20,000 nucleotides of DNA from Catajapyx aquilonaris (Eukaryota), in contig KZ538128.1 in NCBI GenBank assembly GCA_000934665.2, positions 114,438 through 134,437 of the forward strand. The letters run 5' to 3'. Shown piece after piece: positions 1-11,157 of the stretch. The notes beneath the pieces are model-generated. The model worked only from the letters and a program-made list of their open reading frames with translations. It made no database searches and had not been told where the DNA came from. The position numbers and the translations under genes were made by a program. Each line of letters starts with the position of its first letter. Position 1 is the stretch's first letter.

Positions 1-232
1 TAGTGGCCGTTGTTCTTAATACTAGTTAAAAGAAGGGAAATTATTTTTTTTTTGCTTAAAATTCTCGAATTTGACATTAATTGCCATAAAAGCAGCTAGA
101 AACCGGTCAGAAATTATATTTTAATTTTTATGCTGATAGTAAATGATGTCCAATTTCTAGAGTTTCATATTGTGGACTAGTAAATAAATCTGTGGCTGCA
201 CTGGGGCAGCCCTTCTAACGGGATATTACAAT

Positions 233-269
233 GGGGAGAGGGAGGGAGAGGGAGAGAGAGAGAGAGGGA

Positions 270-321
<52 letters not shown>
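233..321. repeat. (GA)n microsatellite with GGA/GGGA interruptions
   Basis: Directly visible purine dinucleotide run; explains the SLSLSL ORF 215..490. Confidence 0.98.
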
Positions 322-323
<2 letters not shown>

Positions 324-1512
324 CTATGGGCGCATGTAAAGTTCAGGTTTAGGGCCCGGTTTGTGAGGAAAAAATTGAGATAATCTCCGATAATGAATAA
401 GCATTTACAATGCATAATGCGACAAACCGGGAATGGACTAGGCCCTTGAAAAATGTGCGACTCGAAAAATTTGGACTTTACCGTTACCATGCAAATTAAT
501 ATTAAAATACTGGCAGGTTTATAGCGCCTTCTACCATTTTAAAATGGAAAATGGCAAATTCTTCCATTTTAAAGCAAAATTTTTAAAACTCGAGCAAATA
601 GGTATACTTAAAAACTTAATTTCGTTTCATCTCATATTAGGAACAACTTCCGCTAAAAATTATCGAGACGCACAGCAAAATCACTCCTGGCACAGATATT
701 CGATGAAGTCTACTTGTTTGCTCATTAGGATAACGTCTGCATACCATGAAATCCTGTATTTTGATGTGCTTGAAGAGCTTTCCATGAGCTAACAACCTCA
801 GATTTATGGCACGCTGATGAGATACGTCTCAGCTCCCAGCTACAAAGTTACAAAAATTGGCACTTGAAGCGCGGTTGCATAAGGCCCTTCAATTATCGGC
901 CATCCTACGGCCTGCAACCTATCAATAGTTCCGGAACCCATTGCCCTTTATACAATGTTTACGCCATGTTACATAGTGCTTTGCCCAGACTTTCGTCCCT
1001 ACCTGCGCAGAAATTCCGGACAAAAAGTTGGCGAAAATGCGAAATTCTCACGCGTTCGGGTCCAAGTCAGCCAATCATCTGGCCTAAAAAAAAATGTTCG
1101 CCGGTAGAAGGCACGCGACCATTATTCCTCGGTTTTGGCACAACCATTCCAACACTATGTCACCGTGACGTAATACCGCAAACCATTCTCGCCTGCGTCG
1201 TACCTACTGTATAACTCTGGTCAAAATCGGCGTAAGCACCGAATAAATCGAGCAAAAAATACGCGGGTTAATAGCAAAACCTGGCTGCTTTTTGGCTTTG
1301 GCTGAGTCACCTGAACTTGAATGCTCAAGTAATGCGTCCAGTCAACGCTTTTGGGGGCCAAAGGAAAAAGCATATGGCTCTCGTCACGACTCCTTACGAG
1401 AACCAACAACAAATAAAGGGTAATCATCCGTTTTAAAGGCCGTTCCCATTCAGCCTGGGTAATTCCGCATCTTTCAAATCTCTACACTACATCCCTGGCA
1501 CTAGACACATCG

Positions 1513-1518
1513 TTATTG

Positions 1519-1583
<65 letters not shown>

Positions 1584-1620
1584 CGTCATCGTCGTCATCA
1601 TCATCATTATCATTATTATT
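1513..1620. repeat. (TAT)n microsatellite grading into (TCG/TCA)n
   Basis: Directly visible trinucleotide run. Confidence 0.97.
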
Positions 1621-1924
1621 GCTTCTCACAATATTCAATACCGTGCATAAATTTCTGTAATACAACTGTTACAAAAGCCATTTTAAATCTTCGATTTAAA
1701 TCTTACCTAACACCCGCCGCTATACTAATTTTCAGGCAAGATTTTTGCAAAAATGGCGCTCTCTGGAGTTAAAATCGCAAGGTCTGGTACGTCTTGCCGA
1801 AAAGATCTTATCTGATGGGACACACAAGCTTACATGACTCTTTACCCAGTATTTTTGCCTCTCTGAAGCTGAACCAATTGACGATCCTAATGGGAGTTTG
1901 CATAATTTCCTTTGGTCCTGTCAG

Positions 1925-1979
1925 AGTGCATCAAAAAGAAGCATGCGAGTTGGCGCATGGATGGGCCACAAAACAAGAG
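1925..1979 (+). CDS. Candidate 55-nt exon, product unknown
   Basis: Acceptor tttcctttggtcctgtcAG and donor GAG|gtatgc; open in all three frames; no recognisable homology. Confidence 0.2.
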
Positions 1980-3022
1980 GTATGCTAGCTTCTTCGTTCC
2001 CGCTCTCTTAAAATAGGAGGAAAGCAAACAAACTAAACTCTTCTTTGCCATCATAGTGGTTCGTGTCCATCTCCTCACCTCTGCTGCTCCATGTATATAT
2101 TTCGTGCTTCATCGGGAATGGTCCAGGTGCTCGACATACCAACAGACCCACAAGTAGTTGACCGTGTTTGTATCTAGATTCTAGAAGGTCTATACTGTAT
2201 TATCAGGAGATTTCCAACGTCTCAATGACTTCCACAAACTCAAACTACTGGCTGATCCAATTAAGATCCGATGGCCGACCGCTATTTATTTCGATCACGG
2301 ATATCGGCCATGTGTCAATATGAAATCACGATTCCGGCATTTAGGGCACATTTCCAAAGTAAATGGATATAATCAGGAAGTTTTTAGGAACCGAAATTTT
2401 AGGTCGGAAAATCCAGTCATATAGAGAACCTTTCCAAGAGGCAGGTGGGATAAGAGTATTGAAATGGTGGACAATATGTTTTATCATGCCAAGAACATTG
2501 TCCCATCGCCCTCTTACAAAGGGCCTCTATATTCACGCATTTTCTGAACTGAACGGCCATTGCTGCTCTATTTGTCTCTATAGGAGGGGAAGGCGTGCAA
2601 TTATTTTGAACTGCTACAGGTAACCTAGTACATTATGGTTAATAAAATGCAGTTAAATAATGAGAATTTCTGTAAGTTAGTTCTGTAAGTATAGTCCTTC
2701 CTACGGCCTTCCTAGATGGACCACCCTGTCGCTATAACCCTGCTTTCCCACACATCGTGTAACTCCGGCCTGCGGCCGTATTTTTGCAATTCTTATAATT
2801 TTGTGTTGCTGTCATCGTCCCAATTCAAGTGCCCTGGGCCTACACGCCTAAACAATACCATTTCACCGACGGGTTCTTTGTTTAGACTTCTCATTGGATA
2901 AGCAAGCAAACCATTTTATTGCTGCTGTGGAAGGCTGCTTAACTTGAGTTCGTCCATAAAAATAACCGACACTTTGCAACAATGGTTTTACACAACGAAT
3001 ATGAATGAAAGTGATCCACGTT

Positions 3023-3169
3023 AGATGCGTTAACACTTGATGGCCAGACGCGGACACGATTACGTGTACAGGGGTGACTCGGCCCAGTAGTAAGCACGCC
3101 AAGGCGTACACATACACGTCATCTATACCGCGTCTCGAACGCGTCTGGCTCTCTAGTGTAATCGCACCT
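3023..3169. mobile_element. Degenerate MITE, PIF/Harbinger-like
   Basis: Left end AGATGCGTTAACACTTGATGGCCAGACGCG vs reverse-complemented right end AGGTGCGATTACACTAGAGAGCCAGACGCG (about 30-bp imperfect TIR). Termini resemble Harbinger MITEs; 3-bp TSD imperfect. Confidence 0.65.
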
Positions 3170-4014
3170 ATTGTCCTCTTCATCACGTATACTGTACACA
3201 CCGCCAATCATCGAATTCCGGTTCTGATATGCGTGGTCACTGCCTAAATAATCCTACATCCCACATATTCCAATAACGATAAAGTTGACAGATGTGAGAA
3301 GTTGCAACGGGTTATCGCCACCATCCCGTCACAGCAAACTTCTGTCAACAGTCGCCTTGACGTTTGCCAACAGCAACGTATCATTCTGGTATTAAGTGCC
3401 CAGTAAATATGCTGGAAAAAAAACTGGTGCTTTTGATATAGCACCAGCTCCAAATGTAAATGGAGGTTTCTCACTCCCAAGATGCGTCACTCTTGGCAAG
3501 TCAGGGCAGTCAATTACATGTAGGCTACCAATATTGGTGTATGGTGTACACTCAGCCATTAGTCAGCTTATTAGAATTCCACCCCCACCCAAACCCAAAC
3601 TGTTGGGTTTTGATAAGAGGTGGCATTCAGATAGAGCAATAGATGGGAGCTAACTCATGAAGCTGAATGCACTAGAAGGCTACCGTAGCATATGCAAGTG
3701 TGATGCAGTAATACTTGTTCATATAATATAGCAAATGGCTGAAAACAATTTCCACAATTAACCGCTATATTAAAAACATTGCCAAATCTTGCACTCCAGC
3801 TACATAAAAAATGCCTAAAAATCCAAGAAATCCTAGTTTAAATTGCGAAATCACACGGGTGGTGAATCGCAATTAGAAAGAGGGTACAGGCAGGGAGCTG
3901 GAGCTGGGAGAGGTGCCAGAGAGAATCCTTTTTAGAGGCGCTTGGCTGATAATCAGCGCCGTCCCAACTATAGACAGCCATAGTGGCGACAGGTAAGGAC
4001 ACTCTGGGACTCAC

Positions 4015-4065
4015 CATGGGTATTATTGGACTTGAGCCCTTCAATCCATTCCAAGACGACTTTTG
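4015..4065 (-). CDS. Candidate 51-nt phase 1-1 exon (KVVLEWIEGLKSNNTH), product unknown
   Basis: Minus strand: tgac + ctccatcccCAG acceptor and consensus G|GTGAGT donor; length divisible by 3; one open frame fits phase 1-1. Confidence 0.25.
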
Positions 4066-5549
4066 CTGGGGATGGAGGTCACACGCACATTTTTCCGTCT
4101 CAAAAACCTATGCACCTATCTGCCAGTCCGTGACCACAAGAGGGCCTTGCCCACTCTATAATGACGGTGCCCTATGCTCTTGGCCCATTTCAGCATTACA
4201 GTCTTCCTTGTCAGTCATGTAGCCTCATTTGCTCAATGAGCTCGCGGTGAATCATCAGATGTGACATTTCGAAGCCACTTTTTTGAAAGATGTGGATCTC
4301 GTCTAGTATCATCAATAAATTTAAATGCAGTTGTACACAAATTATAGCTATTGAAAGCTTGTGATTAAGATCGATTATGATACATTAGCAATTTATAGGC
4401 AGCCTAAGAACATTATTGACACGATAACATTGAAATCCAGAGCTACCAGTGTCACATGAGAATGATATCAAAATATTATGGATATTTGAATATTCCATTA
4501 TCGCTAATGGAATTAATTTCTGCATCAACTTCTCTACGAATCTGTAACTTTTCTACCGGAAAACTGGCTTGGTCGTCAAAAATTACGCTTTGAGGAGTGT
4601 ATTGCACAATGACTAATTATTTTGGGCCAATATGTGGCTCGGGTTATTATGGATTTCAGATATTAATATAATTTCATTTCGTTTGTGGGTATCTAAATAT
4701 ACATTATTACTTCGCGACAATAAATACCGCCAGAACCGCTCATGAACCCTGTGACGGCGGACTTTTGGCAGGTTTTTGGGCGGGTTTTTTTCTCTTCTTC
4801 TTATTCTTTTTTGTCCGAAATTCGGTGTAGGAGTGATATTAATGAATAACAACTTCTAGCCAAAATAAATCATTTTAATTCGTGGTGGTCCTCTTGAATG
4901 TAAAATGCCAGAAGAAATTCATCTAGTGTCCCGGAAATATTTTTTTAAGAATCGTCTGGCTCTCAGGACGTCGATAGGCCTAACAAGTTTACTCAGTCAC
5001 TATACATTGTTATTATGGTTACATAATATTACCACAACACTGTACTATGAGAAACTCCCAAGGGTGCAGGCTTTACGAGCACCCTGTACTGAGGGCGCAT
5101 GTTTACATAAACGATCGCGCGGGAGAAACATGACTTGACATATACAACTCAACTTTGCGGAAGCAGGGGGGATTCTGGTAATGCTATGGTAGTTGAGTCA
5201 CCATCCAAGAGATGGTAGGAGCATATTGAACCGTATTTGGAACCGTAAAGTTCAAATTCTCTATGCACATCCTAGCGCGCCAAATTCAAAAAAGCTCAAG
5301 ACATCATTGCACGTAGGCCTCAAAGGGTTGAATTACCAAAAGCGAGATAAAAAAATTGCGTTGGGAAAGCTGTCTCATACCCGGATACGAGTTTTTATTT
5401 CCTGGTGGAAGCAGAATTGAAGGTCAAAAATGCAAAAGAAAAGACGCATAAAAAATAAATAGCCATTGCATGCAGTAGAATATAATTTTCTAATCATCAT
5501 TATTTGTGACTAAAATACCACTCCATCAGTTACCACCCTGCAATTTTAA

Positions 5550-6025
5550 AGGGGCATCGGAGAATTTTATTTTTATTAAATTGACATAAAATTACTGCTC
5601 TCCATTTAATGGTCCATATCGCGTTAGTGCAAATTACCGACCATTAAAATGAATTATGATCCGTATTTTTTTATAACAGAATATAGCAACTTTTCCGGCA
5701 CAATTTACAGTCGCAGCAGCTCATGGCGATTCTACATTCTAAACATACTCATACCATACTGGTTCTGGTCATAATAATGCCCTACTGTTGCATACATCGG
5801 ACATGCAGCGTGCACTCGCACCTATCCCCAACCTACGCATGGTGTCGAAATGAACATCGAACGATTGTGCACGGTCCAGCCAGAGTGCGCGATGACCCCG
5901 CGTTATTTGGCCCAGTGGTCCGGCAATAACTCAAGTGGTCATTGCGTCCCACTCCTATCCATACTTTCCCACCAACACATAAATCTCGTTACGAGTTGGT
6001 CCTGCAGCCCGGGCCACTCACACCG
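5550..6025 (+). mobile_element. Left end of a putative Kolobok-like transposon with decayed THAP-like ORF
   Basis: TTAA (5546-5549) followed by AGGGGCATCGG; ATG at 5777 gives MPYCCIHRTCS; with frameshifts, DDPAL-AQW--AI and V-CS-H motifs follow. No matching right end seen; right boundary approximate. Confidence 0.4.
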
Positions 6026-7859
6026 GGCAATGAACGTAGGGTACAAATTTATACCACATTATTTCCAAAAAATTAAACGAGCCATTACGTGATTCCAGCC
6101 ATCTGTGCATACCTACGTGCCCCCTCACACGTACAGTACCAAAATTACAAATAGGCCTAGTGATTCATGACCAGTTGGCTCCGAATCCACCCCCGAAACT
6201 TTCAGAGCACCCAAAATTCCCAGAACGACTTTTAATGCATGGCTTAGGGGGGAGGTGTAGGTGTGTGAGTGCGTGTGTTAAATATGGGGGCGGGTGGGAG
6301 GGGGGTAGTAGAGCTCCCCCTACCTCTCACCCCATTCCCCCTCCTGTATCCCCCAGGGCAACTATTTAAAAATAGGAAGGATGAGCAGCCCTGAGGCTGC
6401 CAGGCTGGGCTTTGGCCAGAACAAGAGTTAAAGGGGGTGAGGCTGTTGCGGGGGTGGATGGGATGGCAAGGTTTGAAACATGCACTAGGGCGCGCCAAAA
6501 TTCGTAAATCATAACAATCAGGCTGATTGCGAGAGACAATGTGCGCGATGCTGCAACTGGCTGGAGGCCACCAGCATGTGGTACCGATCGTTATGCGAAA
6601 GTATGGGCCGTATGTCACTCACATTTTTGAAAGTTGCAAATTGTCAAATTTTTATGACCGGACGTATGTCATAGGCTGTGTTTCGCTGAACTGCCGTTGG
6701 TCAACTCCAGAGCGCTAGTATCCACCAGCTGGTACCGGCGCTACCTGTACAGCACACGCCATCTCTCGCCAAAATTCGCAATTGGCAAGGCTCACCAATA
6801 TTTAAAAAAATAATTTAAAAAATGCCAGACTTGCAACCTGCATTTTTCACATGGTATATGCAAATTTTAGGGCAGGTTATGACCAAGCCACAGACCATAC
6901 TTTCTACACAGTGCTAAATTAGGTGGTTATTCTGTGTCAGGTTGGTGCGCAAAGGTCACTCTAATGTCATGTGGTCTTTTGCATTGCACACGGACTGGTC
7001 TGATGTGCTTATCTCATCAGTGCCTTGTTGCAGAATAATTGATCAGGTTCAAGGGTTAAGGTGCGCAATGCACCTGGGGTGTTATCTGGGTGTGTCAACA
7101 TATGAACTTGACTCATCGGGGATTTAATTTTGTGAAAACCTACAATTGCAGTGTAATATTTAGTATACCTTGCGGAGGTACCGTTATACAGTAGCAGTTT
7201 TTTTTAACTCTTAAGAAATACACCGTAGAGAAATTAACACTAAAGATTGATTGTGCATTGAGAATTTACAAGTTACTAATCATTGGCAGAAATTAGCCAA
7301 CAACTGATACCCTTCGCTAAACTCTCAGTTGATAATCACTTGGTTGGTGGTTCAAGCTAGTCTAAAAGTGCATTGGTACACCATGGAAACGACAGTAAAA
7401 AGGCTTAATTTACTGTAATCACAAGAATGCATTTGGTTTATAATGCCAATATTACACTCATCTGCAATTTCATTACACATGGATATGCTCTAAGACACAT
7501 TACTTTACAGATATACCTCACTTGAAAATGTTACTGGTATTAGATGTCACAACAGAAACTTGATCAAATTGTTATGATATGCAGTGTTGCTGCAATCTCA
7601 GAACAGCAACACTAACTATACAGCAATCCCAATGCATTTCCAGTGGCACTTGGTAGCACCAGATGATCTCATTATTAGAGTAATTGATTACACTCTTCTG
7701 AGTGATTGGGAACATTCAGACTCTAATGACCCAGGGTTATGCAGCCAAGGATGATATTAACTGTGGGTGGCCAAACAGTGTAGACATGATCCATTCCTAT
7801 ACAGAAAGCACTAAATCCCAACACGTTAATTATCATTTACAATTGGCACACTATTATGG

Positions 7860-8084
7860 CTGGTTGGTTTGTTGGTTGTGCCAAAGCAACTAAGGCTATC
7901 TGGCATTCGTGTGATGGGTTTTTAATACTGGGAGGAAATGAGAGAACCCTGAAAAAACCCACGCAAATATGGCGAGAACCCATCAAAACGCTTCCACGTA
8001 AGTGCCCTCCGCCCGACCCGGAGATTGATCTTGGGACCTTAGAGGTGGACGGCTGTGGCGTTAACCACTACACCACCGCGTCGA
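7860..8084 (-). mobile_element. tRNA-derived SINE with V-domain-like core and (AACC)n tail
   Basis: Perfect 13-bp TSD CACACTATTATGG (7847-7859, 8085-8097). Minus strand: A box TGGTGTAGTGG, decayed B box AGATCAATCTC, core TTTGCGTGGGTTTTTTTCAGGGTTCTCTCATTTCCTCCCA, tail AACCAACAAACCAACC. Confidence 0.9.
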
Positions 8085-8635
8085 CACACTATTATGGAAG
8101 ATACTCAATCGCATAACCAACGCATGTGAAAGTGTTCAGAATAAGTTTGTGCTGATAGTATCTCACACAGCACATTATAACTCCCATGAAAATAGCTGCC
8201 GATGTCATAATTTTTTAACACATCTATCCATTTGGTGGCAAATTTTTCCAGCAATATTCTTACCTATACAGGAAAGTGTTGCAAATATGTTATCATCAAA
8301 AGTGCGCATTTATAGACCGCATTCATACTGATCACCTGTCGAATTATGAAATGGTTTTTATATTGTTTACCTGAACGCGAGAGAAAATATTTGCATACAT
8401 GACAATGCAGCCAGAGCATGTGAGGCAATAACAACTCTATTAACATAATATTTGTCAAGTTTATTATTTTTCATGAGCATTGTAGATGTGTTCAATGTTA
8501 ACAATCTGGAGCCCAGCTACCCACATGAGGTCATTACGCTCTAATCTATCAGAGCACAGTCTCCCCTTTTTGCCTTATTTTCCTCGCTTTCTTTCATTCC
8601 ATCTTTATCAGGATGCAGTTTACGACCTTCACATG

Positions 8636-8755
8636 CCAATCACACGTGACGCTTGATACCAAGCCTTCCGACAGCATATATAATGCACGTCTAACCCATC
8701 TCTTGTACACCCAGTGTGACATCCTGTCTGGTAAACCTCTTCAAACCAGGTAAGA
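8636..8755 (+). promoter_or_regulatory. Pol II promoter-like module followed by a splice donor
   Basis: CCAAT 8636-8640, CACGTG 8643-8648, TATATAA 8677-8683, donor CAG|GTAAGA at 8750, in canonical order. Confidence 0.45.
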
Positions 8756-9677
8756 CCCCACAGTCTCCCTATCCTTCCCAACCCAACATACATACACCCA
8801 CTGACACATATGAACCTCCAAACCCCAGTGACACATCACCCATCACTCTATACATCATACCCACACTACCAAACACCTGACATTACCCCCACCCCAAAAT
8901 TCAAACCAAATGTAAACCCCCCCTACCTCATGACTAACCTGCTGCACCTTCAGGCTCGTAGACATCAGCGTAGATACAATTTCGTAGCAAATAGATTGAA
9001 CCAGGCCCAGCCCATGTAGGCAGCCATCACAGTCGCACTTTGCAGGGTTGCCACATTTTTGGCTGGGATTCCATCCTTGCTTCAATACCCAAGTTGCCAC
9101 TCCCTGTAGTAGTATCGCATGGTGTGGCGTCTGCTACATGTCAAGTGGCCGATTCATGGGACGATTCAAGTGCTAGGTCAAAACCAGAAATAGATTCGTT
9201 GGATAGTTAGGTGGGGATTGCCTTGCTTACAAGTGGATGAATTGGCCGACCGCAATTTTTGAATAGTGAAAATGCCGATAATGTGCCGGTACATTTGCGC
9301 ATGCTGAACATTTGTCGGAAACGCACCAAAATAGTTTATTATAGTAAAATTAAATTTAAATTATAGTTGTATGTGCAACGCAACAGCATATCCACCCACT
9401 AATTGGCGACTATTGTGTTATTGCGCGATATTCCGGTAATAAATCAAGAGAGTGCGGTTTTGATTAGCAATTATTCAATGTATGACAGGGCTATAATTAT
9501 AAAAGTACGTGGCAGTGGTTTGTCCTCGATTAATAAGCGGATTAGATGACGCAACGGGATATTTTTGTGTGTCTGGCTTGGAAGGATAAGAACAGCAATA
9601 TTGTCATGTGACTTGCCTCTCTCAGATGGATGCACAAGGTGATCCTAAAATCAAGAAGCATTTGCAATAGTACCACA

Positions 9678-9830
9678 TATGGGCCGTTTTCTCGAACAGT
9701 GGTTCAAATGTAAACCCGGTTCAAAGCCGATTTAAACCCTTGACAACAGCCTAACAACAATCAAATCAGGGATTAAACTGGCTTTGAACCCGGTTTACAT
9801 TTGAGCCACTGTTCGAGAAAACGGCCCATA
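9678..9830. mobile_element. Palindromic (foldback) MITE, probably PIF/Harbinger-like
   Basis: About 60-bp near-perfect inverted arms beginning TATGGGCCGTTTTCTCGAACAGTGG with a short spacer. TSD ambiguous (TA possible), so superfamily is uncertain. Confidence 0.9.
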
Positions 9831-11157
9831 GTACTTATGAATCCAGTCCTTGTTATTAAAGAAACACTTGAATTTAACAGATAATAATAGGAAGAATTTT
9901 TCATTCATTACAGAGAGTTTTGGAAGAACCATGAGATTGTATCAGTGAATAAGTCATGCCTCATATAAAAAATATTACGCTACTGGCACATATTCTAAAT
10001 TGTAGGCGATGAGTAGCCCTAATGAATTTTTAAAATAATAAACATGGAATACCAAAATGCACTTAAGATTCATATTTCAAGTGTACGTATTTTTAAAAAT
10101 GAAATAATAATTCCCCCTATAATAATCGCCTTATTTTTTTCTCCCTCTCTCTGGAACGCTCCGGTGGGTGGGGCGGAGGGAGGTAGGGGGCCTTGGTGAG
10201 TGCTGCCACCTTCTGGTCACTCCACTAAATCATCAGGCCGGGGGGAAGGATGGCTGGGTAGGTGTCCGGCGGGGGGATTGCAGGTTTTGCCAAATTTTGG
10301 CTACGGGTGCACTAGGTGATTAGAATAATCATCTCGCTTTCTCTTTTCCCAATCCAAGTTAAAAGAGCTAATTTTTTGTAACCTAGCACCTTTGTTCTCT
10401 TGAACTTCTTGGTCGAGGAGGCAGTCCTGGTCAATCACTACACAGTATATGGATGTGTAGAGCCTCGTTTACACAAATGTGATGATCACACTGAGAAGAG
10501 AGTTTCTTCTATCCTATCCTGGAAAAAATGCCTTGATCGGCGGTTTCCAACTTGCATTTCTCTTTATCGGGGTACAAAAAAGCGCTCATCCTTTTTAAGC
10601 ACAAAAAGAAAGACCACTGGTAATTTCAGTAAAAGATATTGCAATATAGCGGCCACTTTTGGGTTTTTTAAACAATGTGCCTTCAAAGAAGATACATCAC
10701 CACGTCTTATATGCGCAGAAGTGTCTTTCAGATGACATTTGGTCACATCTATACTTTTGATTCAGTCCTAGCTGGTTCTATAGCGCACACTACATGCACG
10801 AGCAGCTTCTGCGAATTCCAAGATAATTATATGTAACTGTAGGTCTGTAGCCTACATTATCATTCATTTTTTAAGCGCCCCTGGGACGTCCTAGAAGCCA
10901 TCAAAATGATGATTATTAGCGTAGAGTCGCTATTATCTGGACTAAAAAAGACAGAGAGGTTTCCTTGGGTATAATTGAAAATACAGGGAGATACAAAATA
11001 CTTGTCCGACTGCTATGGCTATTTGTTGAGCACTAAGCTGCTTATAATTAAGTTACTTTTGCATTCTTACTTTAATGGATATTAAAATATTAGCTACAAA
11101 TATTAGGTTGCATGTGCTCATCCTTTTTATAGGCTGAAAGGGGGTCTGGCATACACA

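Noticed and set aside
215..490. 91-aa ORF with SL repeats
   Set aside because: Artefact of the GA microsatellite.
800..850. CTGATGA hammerhead core at about 814
   Set aside because: No GAAA after a stem II; helices cannot be completed.
4240..4290. Minus-strand CGAAA...CTGATGA and a short RDPHLSKKWLRNV peptide
   Set aside because: Spacing too short for any hammerhead topology; peptide lacks the flanking THAP Cys/His motifs.
7583..7613. 10-bp perfect hairpin AGTGTTGCTG/CAGCAACACT
   Set aside because: Isolated, with no supporting context; could be chance.
9045..9106. Possible tiny hAT MITE (CAGGGTTGCCA...CCCTG)
   Set aside because: Right TIR poor and no 8-bp TSD.
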